From positions 1-30,965 of the forward strand of contig CAXHJY010000317.1 in NCBI GenBank assembly GCA_964016885.1: a DNA stretch of 30,965 bases, read 5' to 3'. The translations under genes and the position numbers were made by a program. The DNA comes from Eledone cirrhosa. Lineage: Eukaryota. The notes under the pieces were generated by a model. The model saw only the letters and a list, made by a program, of their open reading frames with translations, ran no database searches and was not told the DNA's origin. Shown one piece after another: positions 1-10,554 of the stretch; the first letter of the stretch is position 1; every line of letters begins with the position of its first letter.

Positions 1-374
1 AAGATAATTCCTCTGGTGAATAGTTCCTTTTCTTTTGTTGTCTTTACCAGAATTAATAATCGATGATCGATTTCCACTTGTCTAACTTTCCCTTGGAACT
101 GTAAAACAGTACTGTCAGGAATATCACTTAATATTCCACCTTTAGTATGTGTACTTTTTCCTGAATATTATTTGTATTAAATAGGTGTACAAAATACTAT
201 GTGCTTCTCAACCAATATATGACTCTTTCTCTCTCTCTAAATATATCTTTTGAATTTGAATTATTGATGCTCTGAACTAATGTCCATTAAGCTTATTTAA
301 AGAAAAACATGGTTATCATACATATTAAATATGTTTTGATACCTTAACAGTGTATATATAGATAGACAGATAGA

Positions 375-790
375 TATATGTGTGTTTGCCCATGTATCTG
401 TAATTATATCCCCTAATTTAGTAGTTCAACAAAAAGAAATTGATAAAATAAGTACTAGACTTGAAATGAAAAAAATAATTACTGGGTCAATATAAATGTC
501 TAAATCCCTTTATCCCTTTAGCATTTACATTACTCTATATCTACTATTGTATTTTCATGGTAAAGGCTTTATCTCATATAATTATCTCACATAGTTTCGA
601 ATCTATGAGATTTTGATATTATTTATTTTGAGAACAATTTCTTAACATCAGTATGAGTGACCAGTTACGACTGGCTTGAACGGAAAGAGGTGAGAGAATT
701 TTGGCTGGATATGGCCGGTTTAAATGCTAAAGAGTTAAGGCACTGCCCCAGCATTGCTGCAATCCTGAAACTAATGAAATAAATATGTAA
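375..790 (+). repeat. SINE-like 3' portion, split by a TTAA MITE (514-734)
   Basis: 375-509 joined to 735-790 resembles the uninterrupted copy at ~1935-2100 (aagtac..gcttgaaa ... aaat.cctt.aaggca.tgc.ccagcat.gct.ca.tc). Confidence 0.5.
514..734. mobile_element. 221-bp piggyBac-like (TTAA) MITE
   Basis: Ends ccctttagcattta / taaatgctaaagag are inverted repeats. Flanks are ttat (510-513) and ttaa (735-738). A colinear copy of the same length lies at 18764-18984. Confidence 0.8.
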
Positions 791-1454
791 CGTAAATACA
801 TGAATATTAAACATTTTTTTTTTAATCTAATCTGAAATGTGACTCGGTGAGTTGCTATTTAATTACTATTAGGTAGGGCAGAGAAGCAATTTGCATAGCT
901 ATGTGTAGACCTTGACTGTAGTTTTGTAACTCTGTTGCTTTGATATATGTGAAGAAATGAAAAAGGTGGACATGTGTTAAGCATATCAGTTATGTTTTTG
1001 ACCAACCTAAGGTTGACATATTATATATAATCTACACTGACAAGTTTTTATGCCACTATCGGGTGGTGGCAGGTAAGTAAGAGGTGAGGAAAATAATCAG
1101 TCAGTATCTCATGATTAGTGGGAGTTGGTTGATTTCAGAAATTATACATGTTGTTGCATATGTCAAAAACAAATTATTCTATAGAACAAGTAACAAAGAA
1201 AAGATAGATACATTTTATTGCCCTGGATCAACTTATCCCTTTCATTACCATATTTGTCACCATTTTGAAAATATTCAAGAACTTGGAGGGTTTTAGTATT
1301 ATAAGTAACTTTTTCATCATTATGATGGCGTTTGGAACATAACTTAACAAAGATTGTTGCATTAAACTCACTCATTCCTGATAATTTCAAATGAATGAAA
1401 CAATACTAGACCTGTTGAAGTAATTTCTCCCCCTCCCCCTCTATATATATATAT

Positions 1455-1632
1455 AAAGTCGATCGACTTTCGTCAAATCGGACCGAGGAAATTGCTAATA
1501 CTTACTATTGGTCGCAACTCCAGGTAGGAGCAATGTGAAATAAAGTGTGTTGCTCAAGGACATAACGCATCGCCCAGTCCAGGAATCAAACTGACAACCT
1601 CACGATTGTGAATCCAGTTCTCTAACCAATCA
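1455..1632 (-). mobile_element. tRNA-derived SINE (head plus conserved central domain)
   Basis: The minus strand reads ggttagagaactggattcacaatcgtgaggttgtcagtttgattcc...ccttgagcaacacactttatttcacattgctcc, homologous to the head of the SINE at 14530, but with a different tail. Confidence 0.7.
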
Positions 1633-1656
1633 CCCTCTCTCTCTATATATATATAT

Positions 1657-1905
1657 GAATTTTGGCTTGGTTTCTACAGCTGGATGCTCTTCCTAATAAC
1701 AACCATATATAGATGGTCATTTGGGTGACCTGACAAAAAGCATCCAGCCCATACTAACATGGTTGTTATTAGGAAGGGCATCCAGCTGTAGAAACTAAGC
1801 TAAAATTCAGATTCTTAGCAAGATGTGAGTCACCTGACCTGACTTGGCTTATAGTGTGGCAAACCCATCAAATCCATGGAAAAATAGATGTCAAATGAGG
1901 ATGAT
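1657..1905 (+). repeat. RTE/SINE 3'-tail fragment with a 50-bp 5' fold-back
   Basis: 1657-1706 is the reverse complement of 1759-1808 (about 3 mismatches). The right arm continues into the RTE-type tail (ttaggaagggcatccagctgtagaaa...aacccat...gatgat). Confidence 0.7.
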
Positions 1906-1934
1906 ATATCTATGTGTGTGTGTCCATTTCTGCT

Positions 1935-2100
1935 TATGTTAACTGTCTGTTTATGTCCTCTAATGCTGTTCAATAAAGTAAGTACCAGGCTTGAAAATAT
2001 AAGAACAAGGGGCAATTTGATCAACTAAATTCCTTCAAGGCAGTGCTCCAGCATGGCTACAGTCTATTGACTGAAACCAGTAAAAGAAAAGAAAGAAAAT
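1935..2100 (+). repeat. SINE-like 3' portion
   Basis: Homologous to 375-790 once the MITE is removed; ends in an (aaaag)n tail. Confidence 0.45.
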
Positions 2101-2277
2101 AATACATAGTTTTTTAATATGGTGGGGATGGGGTGTGGAATATATTGAGAGTATAAAATGAGTGATAAGGTGGGGACTACTGTAGAAAGATAGGTTGTAG
2201 GAGCAGGTTTGACATGAATGTAATTACACCAGGTGAATTATCAGCAACATCTGTAAGAGTGACAAGATTTATGATTA

Positions 2278-2444
2278 ATGTGGAATGTAGGAATATCATA
2301 CATTCCACATAAGTCCAGGTTAGGTTGTTGAACTCATGATCATGAGTTCAACAACCTAACCTCTATGCTAAGCACCTTAGTGGAAGGATATATATATACA
2401 AATACATGATGAAACCTACAACCTCATGAGGTTGTAGGTTTCAT
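2278..2444. repeat. Cluster of three palindromes/hairpins
   Basis: 12-bp stem at 2278-2289/2299-2310; perfect 46-bp palindrome at 2317-2362; perfect 36-bp palindrome at 2409-2444. Confidence 0.9.
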
Positions 2445-2860
2445 TCCTGGATCAAGTAGTTTTATTTCATGCTGCAATCTATTCAGCTGCAAAAAAAAAT
2501 TTAATGTTGATCCCTTCAAGAGACAAGTGTCTGATCTAGGTGGCAGAGAGTTTTTTCATAAGACTGTGAACCCTTATTAAAACAAATGAGAACCTATGAG
2601 ATGCAACCTTGTAAGAGGCCAGCTGCAAAGGTATGAGCTATAACAACACTAAAAACTAGATTTTATTTTTACCTGTTATATAATAAGGAATTGACACACT
2701 GACAAATTATAATTTTAATTCCTTTGTAAAGAAATTGGTGTACATGAAGAATTTATTTAACCTTTTCCTTTCCACATTTCTAATGAAAACCAAATAATTT
2801 AACAGTTTCTTATGTAGAATTATGGTAGAAGTTATTTTGTTTTTAGATAATCATAAACAT

Positions 2861-3085
2861 TTAAATCCTTCTGTTACTGTATTTCTAATGAAAGACACTG
2901 CCTGTGATTTTAAAATAATTTTTGAAAATAATCAAGGATTTGGAGGGATAAAGTAATAATATAATTCACTTTCTTGTTATTTAACTGGTGTATGGAACAT
3001 AACTTAACAAAGGTTAACACTTTGAAAAACTTTATATCATAGAACCATGGCTGGTTTCAGGCAATTTGGTACCAAAAGACTTAGG
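2861..3085. mobile_element. Decayed TTAA-type MITE (second family); related fragment at ~1235-1355
   Basis: Degenerate inverted ends (ttaaatccttctgttac / ggtaccaaaagacttag). Shares ttttgaaaata...ggaggg...tggaacataacttaacaaag with 1260-1352. Confidence 0.45.
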
Positions 3086-3681
3086 TAATACTGTTATAGT
3101 GAATATAAAGTATGTATATTTTTTATTGCTACCATACCTGTTCCACAGTCCTTGGTCAGGGAAAATGGGTCTGGAACCAAAGATGTCTAGAAATTGATGG
3201 TGCCTCTGTATTTAAGAAAACAGAAGCATTAGTTTCTTTAACTTTCCACAAAGAAACTTTTTGATATCCTTCCATATTTACAAATCATGAACGTTAATTT
3301 TAAGTGATCCGTATTCCTCATTTGTGCCAAAATTGATTTGGCAAGCCTGTACTGGAAGAAGACAATAAGAGTTTTAAATAGGGATTACCGCCCTCCCCCT
3401 CCACACACACACACACACATAAAAACAACATGACCTCAAAAGTTTTAGCCCTGTTCCACTTCACCAGTTTTGCTTCCACTATCAGGCAGTAAAAAAAACG
3501 ATGAAAATAATAAAACATGGTTCAATTGAAGAATGTTATTATTGTTGTAATAGAGTATCCTAGTGGTGTGAGAGAATATACCCCCCCCCCCACACACGCA
3601 CACTTTAAACTTCATATTTCACAATACAAATCCCAAACATTGCTGACTTGGTTATAAAGGACTTTTAAACTTGATAATAGA

Positions 3682-3910
3682 ATCATCATCATCACTGTTT
3701 AATGTCCATTTTTCCGTGCTAGCATGGGTTAGACAAGTTGTCCCATTGTGAGACAAGTCAGATTAGATAACCATGTCTTGCTCACACAGAACTGTTTCTG
3801 GCTTGGTTTCTATAATTGGATATCCTTCCTTACGGCAACCACATTTACAGCATGGAGTGAATGCCTTTTTTGTGGCACCAAGATGACCAACTGACAGGTT
3901 GGACTGGGTG
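3682..3910 (-). mobile_element. RTE LINE 3' UTR fragment with (GAT)n tail
   Basis: The reverse complement aligns to 7420-7598 (aaggaagg.atcca..t.tagaaa.caagccag ... tctaacccatgctagc..ggaa ... gatgatgat). Confidence 0.8.
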
Positions 3911-4490
3911 CTTTTTGTCATGTCGCCAACACTACCACTTTACAGAGTTGACTGGGTCTTTTTGTCATCTCACCAGCATGACCACTTTACAGGGTGGACG
4001 GTGTACTTTTTGTCATGTCGCCAACACTACCACTTTACAGAGTAGACTGGGTGTTTTTGTCATCTCACCAGCATGACCACTTTACAGGGTGGACGGTGTA
4101 CTTTTTGTCATGTCGCCAACACTACCACTTTACAGAGTAGACTGGGTGTTTTTGTCATCTCACCAGCATGACCACTTTACAGGGTGGACGGTGTACTTTT
4201 TGTCATGTCACCAACACTACCACTTTACAGAGTAGACTGGGTGTTTTTGTCATCTCACCAGCATGACCACTTTACAGGGTGGACGGTGTACTTTTTGTCA
4301 TGTCGCCAACACTACCACTTTACAGAGTAGACTGGGTGTTTTTGTCATCTCACCAGCATGACCACTTTACAGGGTGGACGGTGTACTTTTTGTCATGTCG
4401 CCAACACTACCACTTTACAGAGTAGACTGGGTGTTTTTGTCATCTCACCAGCATGACCACTTTACAGGGTGGACGGTGTACTTTTTGTCA
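3911..4490. repeat. Tandem array, 6 x 95-bp dimeric unit (two ~47-bp subunits) derived from the RTE 3' UTR sub-repeat
   Basis: The anchor tgtc(g/a)ccaac recurs at 3921, 4016, 4111, 4206, 4301 and 4396. Subunits match the reverse complement of the ~47-bp repeat at ~7335-7430. Confidence 0.92.
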
Positions 4491-4744
4491 ACACACATAT
4501 ACATACAATACACACATATATACACAATACATATATACACAATACATATATATATATACAATACACACACATATATACACAATACACACATATATACCTA
4601 ACACATTGCTAGAAAATCTTAAAGTATTCTATAATATCTAAATGAAAAAGAGAAGAAATCATGCATCCAAGCTAACTTGGGGCAACTAGTATGTGGTAAT
4701 TAAGGTGATGTTTGTATCAAAGAAATAAGATGACAGTCAAATGT

Positions 4745-4978
4745 GTCCAAACACAGAAGAGCCAAACTGCCACTGTCATCACCTCCATCTCTGTCACCCT
4801 CCCCATCTCTCTGTATTATGAGCAAATGGGGTCCCATGTGCTGGCCGCCCCACGATCCCGGTAGACAGAATGGAGAAGGTGTTTCCCCAGAGGATGGTAA
4901 AGGAGATACACTGGAAAAGCCATTTCATCTTGCGAGGCTGACACCTGTGGCTGGTCAACTCAGCGCGTATGGTGGTAA
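4745..4978 (-). pseudogene. 3' fragment of a CRE-like non-LTR retrotransposon (C-terminus of RLE domain)
   Basis: TTIRAELTSHRCQPRKMKWLFQCISFTILWGNTFSI aligns with [36 protein letters not shown], encoded at 30857-30964. Confidence 0.75.
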
Positions 4979-5203
4979 CACACACATATATATATATCAT
5001 CCACATTGCCATTGTATTTATATTTGCATGGGTGGGACAAAATATTTTGAGGCCATATTCTAAGGCTGGATAATACCTTTCCTGTTGACAACTCATACTT
5101 TATTTTTAAGTAAGGTACTTATTTCACTGATCTTTGTCTAATTGTTAAACTTTGGACAAATAAATAGTGTTACTATGAAGACATACATTTACACACAGAG
5201 TCA

Positions 5204-7598
5204 AGACCTCAAGCAGGAGGAGAGTGACTTGGTGGTGGAACAATAAGGTAGATGAAGCAGTCAAGGCCAAGAGACAGGCATGGAAAGAATGGAAGAACGG
5301 GGGGAGCAGGGTACATTACATAGAGACCAAGAGGGAAGCTAGGCGACAAGTATACTTAGCTAGGAGGGAAGCAGAGGATAGAAAATTCAAGCATGTTTTA
5401 CAACGTGAGGACCAGAAACAGGAGGTATTCAAGATTGCGAGGCAGTGTGTCAGAGATAGTTGTGATGTCATTGGAGAGAAGTGTATCCGGAATGATAAAG
5501 GTGAGCTTGCCCTCACAAGTGCTGAGAAGAAAGATGCATGGAAGAGTCATTATGATAGATTACTAAATGAGGAGAATGCATGGGAAGAAGAGACCCTACC
5601 CCACGTAGACCCTATAGAGGGACCAGCAGTACAAGTCAGCGGCAGCGTAGTAAGTAAGGCAATCAGAGATATGAAGATAGGGAAGGCAACCGGTCCATCG
5701 GGTATAGCTGCCGAGATGCTGAAGGCATCTGGGTCTGTAGGTCACACTATAACCACACGTATCGTTAACCAGGTAATACTAGAGGGGGCCATACCAAAAG
5801 ATTGGTGCAGTAGCATCATTGTCAACTGCTACAAAGGTAAAGGCGATGCACTAGATAGAGGAAACTATAGAGGTATAAAGTTGATGGACCAGGTCATGAA
5901 AGTAACAGAAAGAGTTATAGCACAGCTGATTAGGGACCGGGTGAATATAGACGAGATGCAATTTGGGTTTGTTCCAGGGAAAGGCACCACTGATGCGCTC
6001 TTCCTTGTGAGGCAATTACAGGAAAAGTACCTAGCTAAAAGTAAGCCACTCTACTTGGCATTTGTCGACCTTGAGAAAGCCTTTGACAGAGTTCCACGTG
6101 CAGTAATCTGGTGGGCTCTTAGAAAACTAGGAGTAGATGAATGGCTTGTGAAAGCGGTACAAGCCATGTATAGGGGAGCAGTCAGCAAAGTTAGGATTGG
6201 CAATGAGTATAGCGAGGAATTTAGCGTACAGGTTGGGGTCCACCAGGGCTCTGTTCTTAGCCCTCTCCTGTTCATCATAGTCCTGCAGGCAATAACGGAG
6301 GAGTTTAAGACCGGATGCCCATGGGAACTCCTGTATGCTGATGACCTCGCACTCATAGCTGAATCTATGGTAGAACTAGAGAATAAATTCCAAACCTGGA
6401 AGCAGGGACTAGAGAGAAAGGGCCTCAAAGTCAACATGACAAAGACTAAGGTCCTTATAAGTAGACGAGAAAACAGAACCCAGATCCCCTCAGGGAAATG
6501 GCCTTGCTCAGTATGTAGGAAAGGTGTAGGTAGGAACTCCATTCTTTGCCCCAAATGCAAACAATGGGTACACAAGAGATGTAGCGGGATCTCAGGAAGC
6601 TTAATTAAGAATGTAGGATTCACATGCAGCAGCTGTGCTGAAACAGCAAGCAAACAGCCACAGGAAACAAGTACCACCAATCTCTGGGAGGGCCCTGTAG
6701 AAACAGTAGACAGCTTCTGCTACCTAGGTGACCGAATTAGCAACGGAGGTGGGTGCTCAGAAAGTACAATAACTAGGGTAAGAACGGGATGGAAGAAGTT
6801 TAGGGAACTACTACCACTGCTAGCTGCAAAAGGCTTCTCCCTCAGAATGAAAGGCAGACTGTATGATGCGTGTATCCGAACAGCGATGTTGCATGGTAGT
6901 GAGACCTGGGCGCTGAAGGTGGAAGACTTACGTAGATTAGAGAGAAACGAAGCCTGCATGCTCCGATGGATGTGTAACAGTAATATACGTGAACGACAAA
7001 GCATAAATGAATTGAGAGAGAGACTGAGCATAAGAGGAATCAAATGCTGCGTGCAGGAGAGGCGGTTACGCTGGTATGGACATGTGATGCGTATGAAGGA
7101 TGACAGCTGCATAAAAAGGTGCAGAGCACTAGAAGTTGATGGAAACCGCGGAGTGGGGAGACCCAAGATGACTTGGGATGAGGTGATAAAAGCCGACCTT
7201 ACCCAACTACACCTCTCAAAGTCAATGACACACGACCGTGACTTCTGGCGTCACGCAGTAATACAGGGTACCCGACCTCCCATGGGTACATGCTGAAGCA
7301 TATAAACAATATGCCCCCCCCCCCCCCACCGCAAGGTGGTCGTGGAGGTGCCACGGCAAAAAAGCACCCAGCCCACACTGTAAAGTGGACGTGTAGGCGC
7401 CACGAAAAAGCACCCAGCACTCACTGTAAATGAGGTTGGTGTTAGGAAGGGCATCCAACTGTAGAAATCAAGCCAGATCAGTTCCTGTATGAGCAAGGCA
7501 TGGTCAGCCGACCAGACACTGCCCACAACAGGACAACCCGTCTAACCCATGCTAGCGTGGAAGAACGGACGTAAAACGGTGATGATGATGATGATGAT
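5204..7598 (+). mobile_element. 5'-truncated RTE-clade LINE
   Basis: RT ORF, ~300-bp 3' UTR and (GAT)n tail at 7581-7598. Candidate TSD gagtca at 5198-5203 and 7599-7604. Confidence 0.93.
5224..7296 (+). CDS. RTE-type reverse transcriptase (N-terminally truncated, no APE domain) with inserted PHD-type zinc finger
   Basis: 690 open codons. Motifs TWWWN, KATGPSG, NYRGIKL, QFGF, FVDLEKAFD, GVHQGSVLSP, YADD, FCYLG, RRLRWYGHV, GRPK. C4HC3 pattern at 6505-6636. The GTG start is probably an artefact of truncation. Confidence 0.9.
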   Translation: MTWWWNNKVDEAVKAKRQAWKEWKNGGSRVHYIETKREARRQVYLARREAEDRKFKHVLQREDQKQEVFKIARQCVRDSCDVIGEKCIRNDKGELALTSAEKKDAWKSHYDRLLNEENAWEEETLPHVDPIEGPAVQVSGSVVSKAIRDMKIGKATGPSGIAAEMLKASGSVGHTITTRIVNQVILEGAIPKDWCSSIIVNCYKGKGDALDRGNYRGIKLMDQVMKVTERVIAQLIRDRVNIDEMQFGFVPGKGTTDALFLVRQLQEKYLAKSKPLYLAFVDLEKAFDRVPRAVIWWALRKLGVDEWLVKAVQAMYRGAVSKVRIGNEYSEEFSVQVGVHQGSVLSPLLFIIVLQAITEEFKTGCPWELLYADDLALIAESMVELENKFQTWKQGLERKGLKVNMTKTKVLISRRENRTQIPSGKWPCSVCRKGVGRNSILCPKCKQWVHKRCSGISGSLIKNVGFTCSSCAETASKQPQETSTTNLWEGPVETVDSFCYLGDRISNGGGCSESTITRVRTGWKKFRELLPLLAAKGFSLRMKGRLYDACIRTAMLHGSETWALKVEDLRRLERNEACMLRWMCNSNIRERQSINELRERLSIRGIKCCVQERRLRWYGHVMRMKDDSCIKRCRALEVDGNRGVGRPKMTWDEVIKADLTQLHLSKSMTHDRDFWRHAVIQGTRPPMGTC

Positions 7599-7673
7599 GA
7601 GTCACACACACACACACGGAAGATCTGAGAGGATTCTTCAGTTTGAACAATCATGTGACAACCTCTTTAATGC

Positions 7674-8413
7674 TGGACAACATGAGAAGATTTCATTTCT
7701 TGAATTTAGGCAATCGCTATTGCGTAATTGCCTTAGAATATTTATCCTTTCTTCAATACACAGTCCACAAGATGGATTGCTCCTTGCGTATGGCTTGGAC
7801 TTAGTGATAACTTTCCATTGAATATAGTAGTCTATACCTGAGTCTTTGAGGGACCATAGTGTCTCGTGAGCTTTGTGGATGATCGTTTGTCCGGGTACCT
7901 AAAGGTCGACTGATGGTTCAGGAAGCGTTCCTTAAATCGGCCCTCTGCCATATTTGATTTGACCTCCTGTGGTCAGTTGGAAGTGACCTCAGCTTCATAA
8001 ACTACAGCGGGTGTGTTGCATTACTTTTGAAGCTTCAGGCTTTCAGCAAGAGCATCCTGGTGGGGTGCCGCTCTTAGGACTGTTGGTGATGTGAGCCTTC
8101 ATGTTCTTAGCGTAAGAGTACCCTAGTTTTACTCTGTGTCTATTAAAGATGGAGCAGTATTTGTGACCTATGGGAAAGTGTTTATCTAAGAAGTCTAACA
8201 TTTTTTTCTTTTTCCTGCATAGTTTTAACATTGAGTGAGAACCAGATAGTTTGTCTATTGTTACGATTTCTTTTCTTATTGCTGTTGTTAGTGGGGGAGT
8301 AAGTAATTGGTTGTGAAAAGCTGCTGTTAGCTAACGCTGTGTTATAGTAGGGGGTCGCTCTGTCAAAGATAGCCTGATTAGAGGAGAGGTTAGAGATTCT
8401 AGTACTGATATTA
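7674..8413 (-). pseudogene. Penelope-like element, C-terminal linker and GIY-YIG endonuclease (inverted arm)
   Basis: Reverse complement of 8464-9194 with scattered substitutions and indels. Confidence 0.85.
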
Positions 8414-8463
8414 CATACACAAGGACTCATGCCACCCTCCCACTGTTTTTAGAAACTTCATAA

Positions 8464-9485
8464 TAATATCAGTACTAGAATCTCTAACCTCTCCTCTAAT
8501 CAGGCTATCTTTGACAGAGCGGCACCCTACTATAACACGGCGTTAGCTAACAGCAGCTTTTCACAACCAATTACTTACTCCCCCACTAACAACAACAACA
8601 ATAAGAAAAGAAATTGTAACAATAGACAAACTATCTGGTTCTCTCCTCCATTCTCACTCAATGTTAAAACTAATGTAGGGAAAAATGTTTTAGCCCTCTT
8701 AGATAGACACTTTCCCATAGGTCACAAATACTGCTCCATCTTTAACAGACACAGAGTAAAACTAGGGTACTCCTGCGTTAAGAACATGAAGGCTCACATC
8801 ACCGACAGTCCTAAGATGTTCTTGCTGAAAGCCTGAAGCTTCTCCCCTTCAAAAGCAATGCAACACACCCGCTGTAGTTTATGAAGCTGAGGTCACTTCC
8901 AACCGACCACAGGAGATCAAATCCAATGTAGGTATGGCGGAGGGCCGATTTAAGGAACGCTTCCTGAACCATCAGTCGACCTTTAGGTACCTGGACAAAC
9001 GATCATCCACAAAGCTCACAAGCCACTATGGTCTCTCAAAGACTCAGGTATAGACTACTACATTCAATGGAAAGCTATCACTAAGGGGCAATCCGTCTTG
9101 TGGACTGTGTATTGAAGAAAGGATAAATATTCTAAGGCGATTACGTAATAGCGATTGCCTAAATTCAAGAAATGAAATCTTCTCATGTTGTCCACATGTC
9201 TGGAAACACCTCTTGCATAACTACAAAGCTCCGGATTGAATAGCAACATCATTCTAATTTTCTAATCAACTTGAACATATTATTCCAGACTCTTGCAGTT
9301 ATCTCCCTTACACCTTTCGCCCGTGGTTTTGTATTGCCTGGGTGAAGTGACCGTTTCTGCGCATGCACATTCATACGGTTGTCCTTCCTGTTCCGTATAA
9401 TCATTACCAGTCTGAGCTGAAGATCTGCTTAAAGTGAAACAATTGTTCTCGGTATGGTGAACTAATTGTTGTGTTACTACTTATA
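8464..9485 (+). mobile_element. 5'-truncated Penelope-like element (probably Naiad-type): linker, GIY-YIG EN, 3' UTR with hammerhead
   Basis: Translation across frameshifts gives IWFSPPFSLNVKTNVGK..LLDRHFP..IFNRHRVKLGYSC..CSC..PLQKQCNTPAVVYEAEV..VGMAEGRFKERFLNH..W..CGLCIEE..LNSRNEIFSCCPH, with stop at 9237-9239. The element ends at a (TA)n tract. Clade assignment is from recalled motifs only. Confidence 0.85.
9404..9460 (+). ncRNA. Minimal type I hammerhead ribozyme (stem II degenerate)
   Basis: Stem I ctgag/ctcgg with ttacca/tggtga extension; CUGAAGA 9417-9423; GAAAC 9436-9440; palindromic stem III acaattgt; triplet GUU 9445-9447. Confidence 0.75.
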
Positions 9486-9638
9486 TTTATATATATATAT
9501 GTATATTTAAAAGTTAAACAAGGTTCAATGAATAAATCAAAGAATGAGTTTTACAATAGATTGGAAGCACTCAACAGATTGGTTTTCCAGAGTTATTAAT
9601 ATTAATTCAAAATATTAACAAAATAGATATTCTTGTGA

Positions 9639-9705
9639 TATTTTATTATACATATTTCAGAGGTACTGAGTTAAGTTCAACAGTACGTCCTAATCAGATA
9701 AAATA
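9639..9705 (-). ncRNA. Type I hammerhead motif, core variant CUGAUUA
   Basis: Stem I tattttat/ataaaata, long stem II gtactg/cagtac, GAAA, quasi-palindromic stem III, triplet AUA. Confidence 0.6.
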
Positions 9706-9819
9706 AGATGATGCATGACATTCCCTGACATATTAGATGGTTAAGATTCAGTCATTAAAATTCACTACCATGACTGAATCTTAACCATCTAATATGTCAG
9801 GATATGTCATGCATCATCT

Positions 9820-9886
9820 TATTTTATCCGATGAGGATGTACTGTTGAACTTAACTCAGTACCTCTGAAATATGTATAATAAAATA
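9820..9886 (+). ncRNA. Type I hammerhead motif, core variant CCGAUGA
   Basis: Same fold as 9639-9705. The consensus of the two arms restores CUGAUGA. Confidence 0.6.
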
Positions 9887-9926
9887 TACTTGATCACAAG
9901 AATATCTATTTTGTTAATATTTTGAA

Positions 9927-9970
<44 letters not shown>

Positions 9971-9974
<4 letters not shown>

Positions 9975-10288
9975 CTTGCAATCGAAAGGTTGTGAGTTCA
10001 ATTCTCAGACTGGGTGATGTGTTGTTACCTTGAGCAAGACACTTTATTTCACATTGCTCAAGTTTACTCAGCTGTAGAAATGAGATGATAGGGACTGGGG
10101 TCCCTATCATTCCACTGCAAAGTGGTCGTGGCGGTGCCACGGCAAAAAAGCACCCAGCACTCACTGTAAAGGAGGTTGCTGTTAGGAAGGGCATCCAGCT
10201 GTAGAAATCAAGCCAGAATCAGTTCCCGTCCCACCCTTGTAAGCAGGGAAAAAGTGGACGTAAAATGAAATGAAAAAAATGAAATGAA
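9971..10288 (+). mobile_element. tRNA-derived SINE with RTE-derived 3' end (5'-truncated)
   Basis: Nearly identical to 14558-14850; B-box gagttcaattc; 3' half matches the LINE 3' UTR; (aaatg)n tail. Confidence 0.88.
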
Positions 10289-10464
10289 TATATATGTTTA
10301 TTATAAACATACAGAATATTTTCGAATATTCTATGTCTATATTCACATATATATCGCTATTTCAGAGCATTTATTCCAATTTCTAATTTCTGCCGGACCG
10401 GCAACCGCTCTTTCAAACCAGTTCCTGTACACAGCTAAGTATTCTATAAGTCTCTAGCTGTGTC

Positions 10465-10554
10465 ATTCTCGATAAAAGCACTGGATATGTAGTCCTGACG
10501 ATTTCTAACGAGAATGAAACGCGTAGATTTACTTCCCTTGCTTTTATCGAGAAT
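10465..10554 (+). ncRNA. Minimal type I hammerhead ribozyme, copy 1
   Basis: Outer 16-bp stem attctcgataaaagca/tgcttttatcgagaat; stem I gtagtc/gatttac; CUGACGA 10495-10501; stem II ttct-aacg-agaa closed by U.U; GAAAC 10516-10520; palindromic stem III acgcgt; GUA triplet, predicted cut after 10525. Confidence 0.88.

Larger units (their letters stand above)
9505..9933. mobile_element. Fold-back non-coding element with a hammerhead in each arm (PLE pLTR or retrozyme-like)
   Basis: Arms ~9599-9755 and 9770-9933 with a 14-bp spacer. The left arm extends a further ~95 bp. (TA)n lies on both sides. Confidence 0.75.

Noticed and set aside
3861-4641. Short ORFs in tandem repeats and microsatellites (also 15084-15326, 16328-16648, 22723-22965)
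   Set aside because: Low-complexity translations of repeats.
6051-7166. Long antisense ORFs (also 23764-24318, 28395-29045, 29088-29768)
   Set aside because: These are shadows of transposon coding sequence on the opposite strand, with no independent motifs.
8826-8828. In-frame TGA shared by both PLE arms as selenocysteine (some Naiad elements encode selenoproteins)
   Set aside because: It follows CSC at a position that is usually Arg (CGA to TGA), not Cys. I could not see a SECIS in the 3' UTR.
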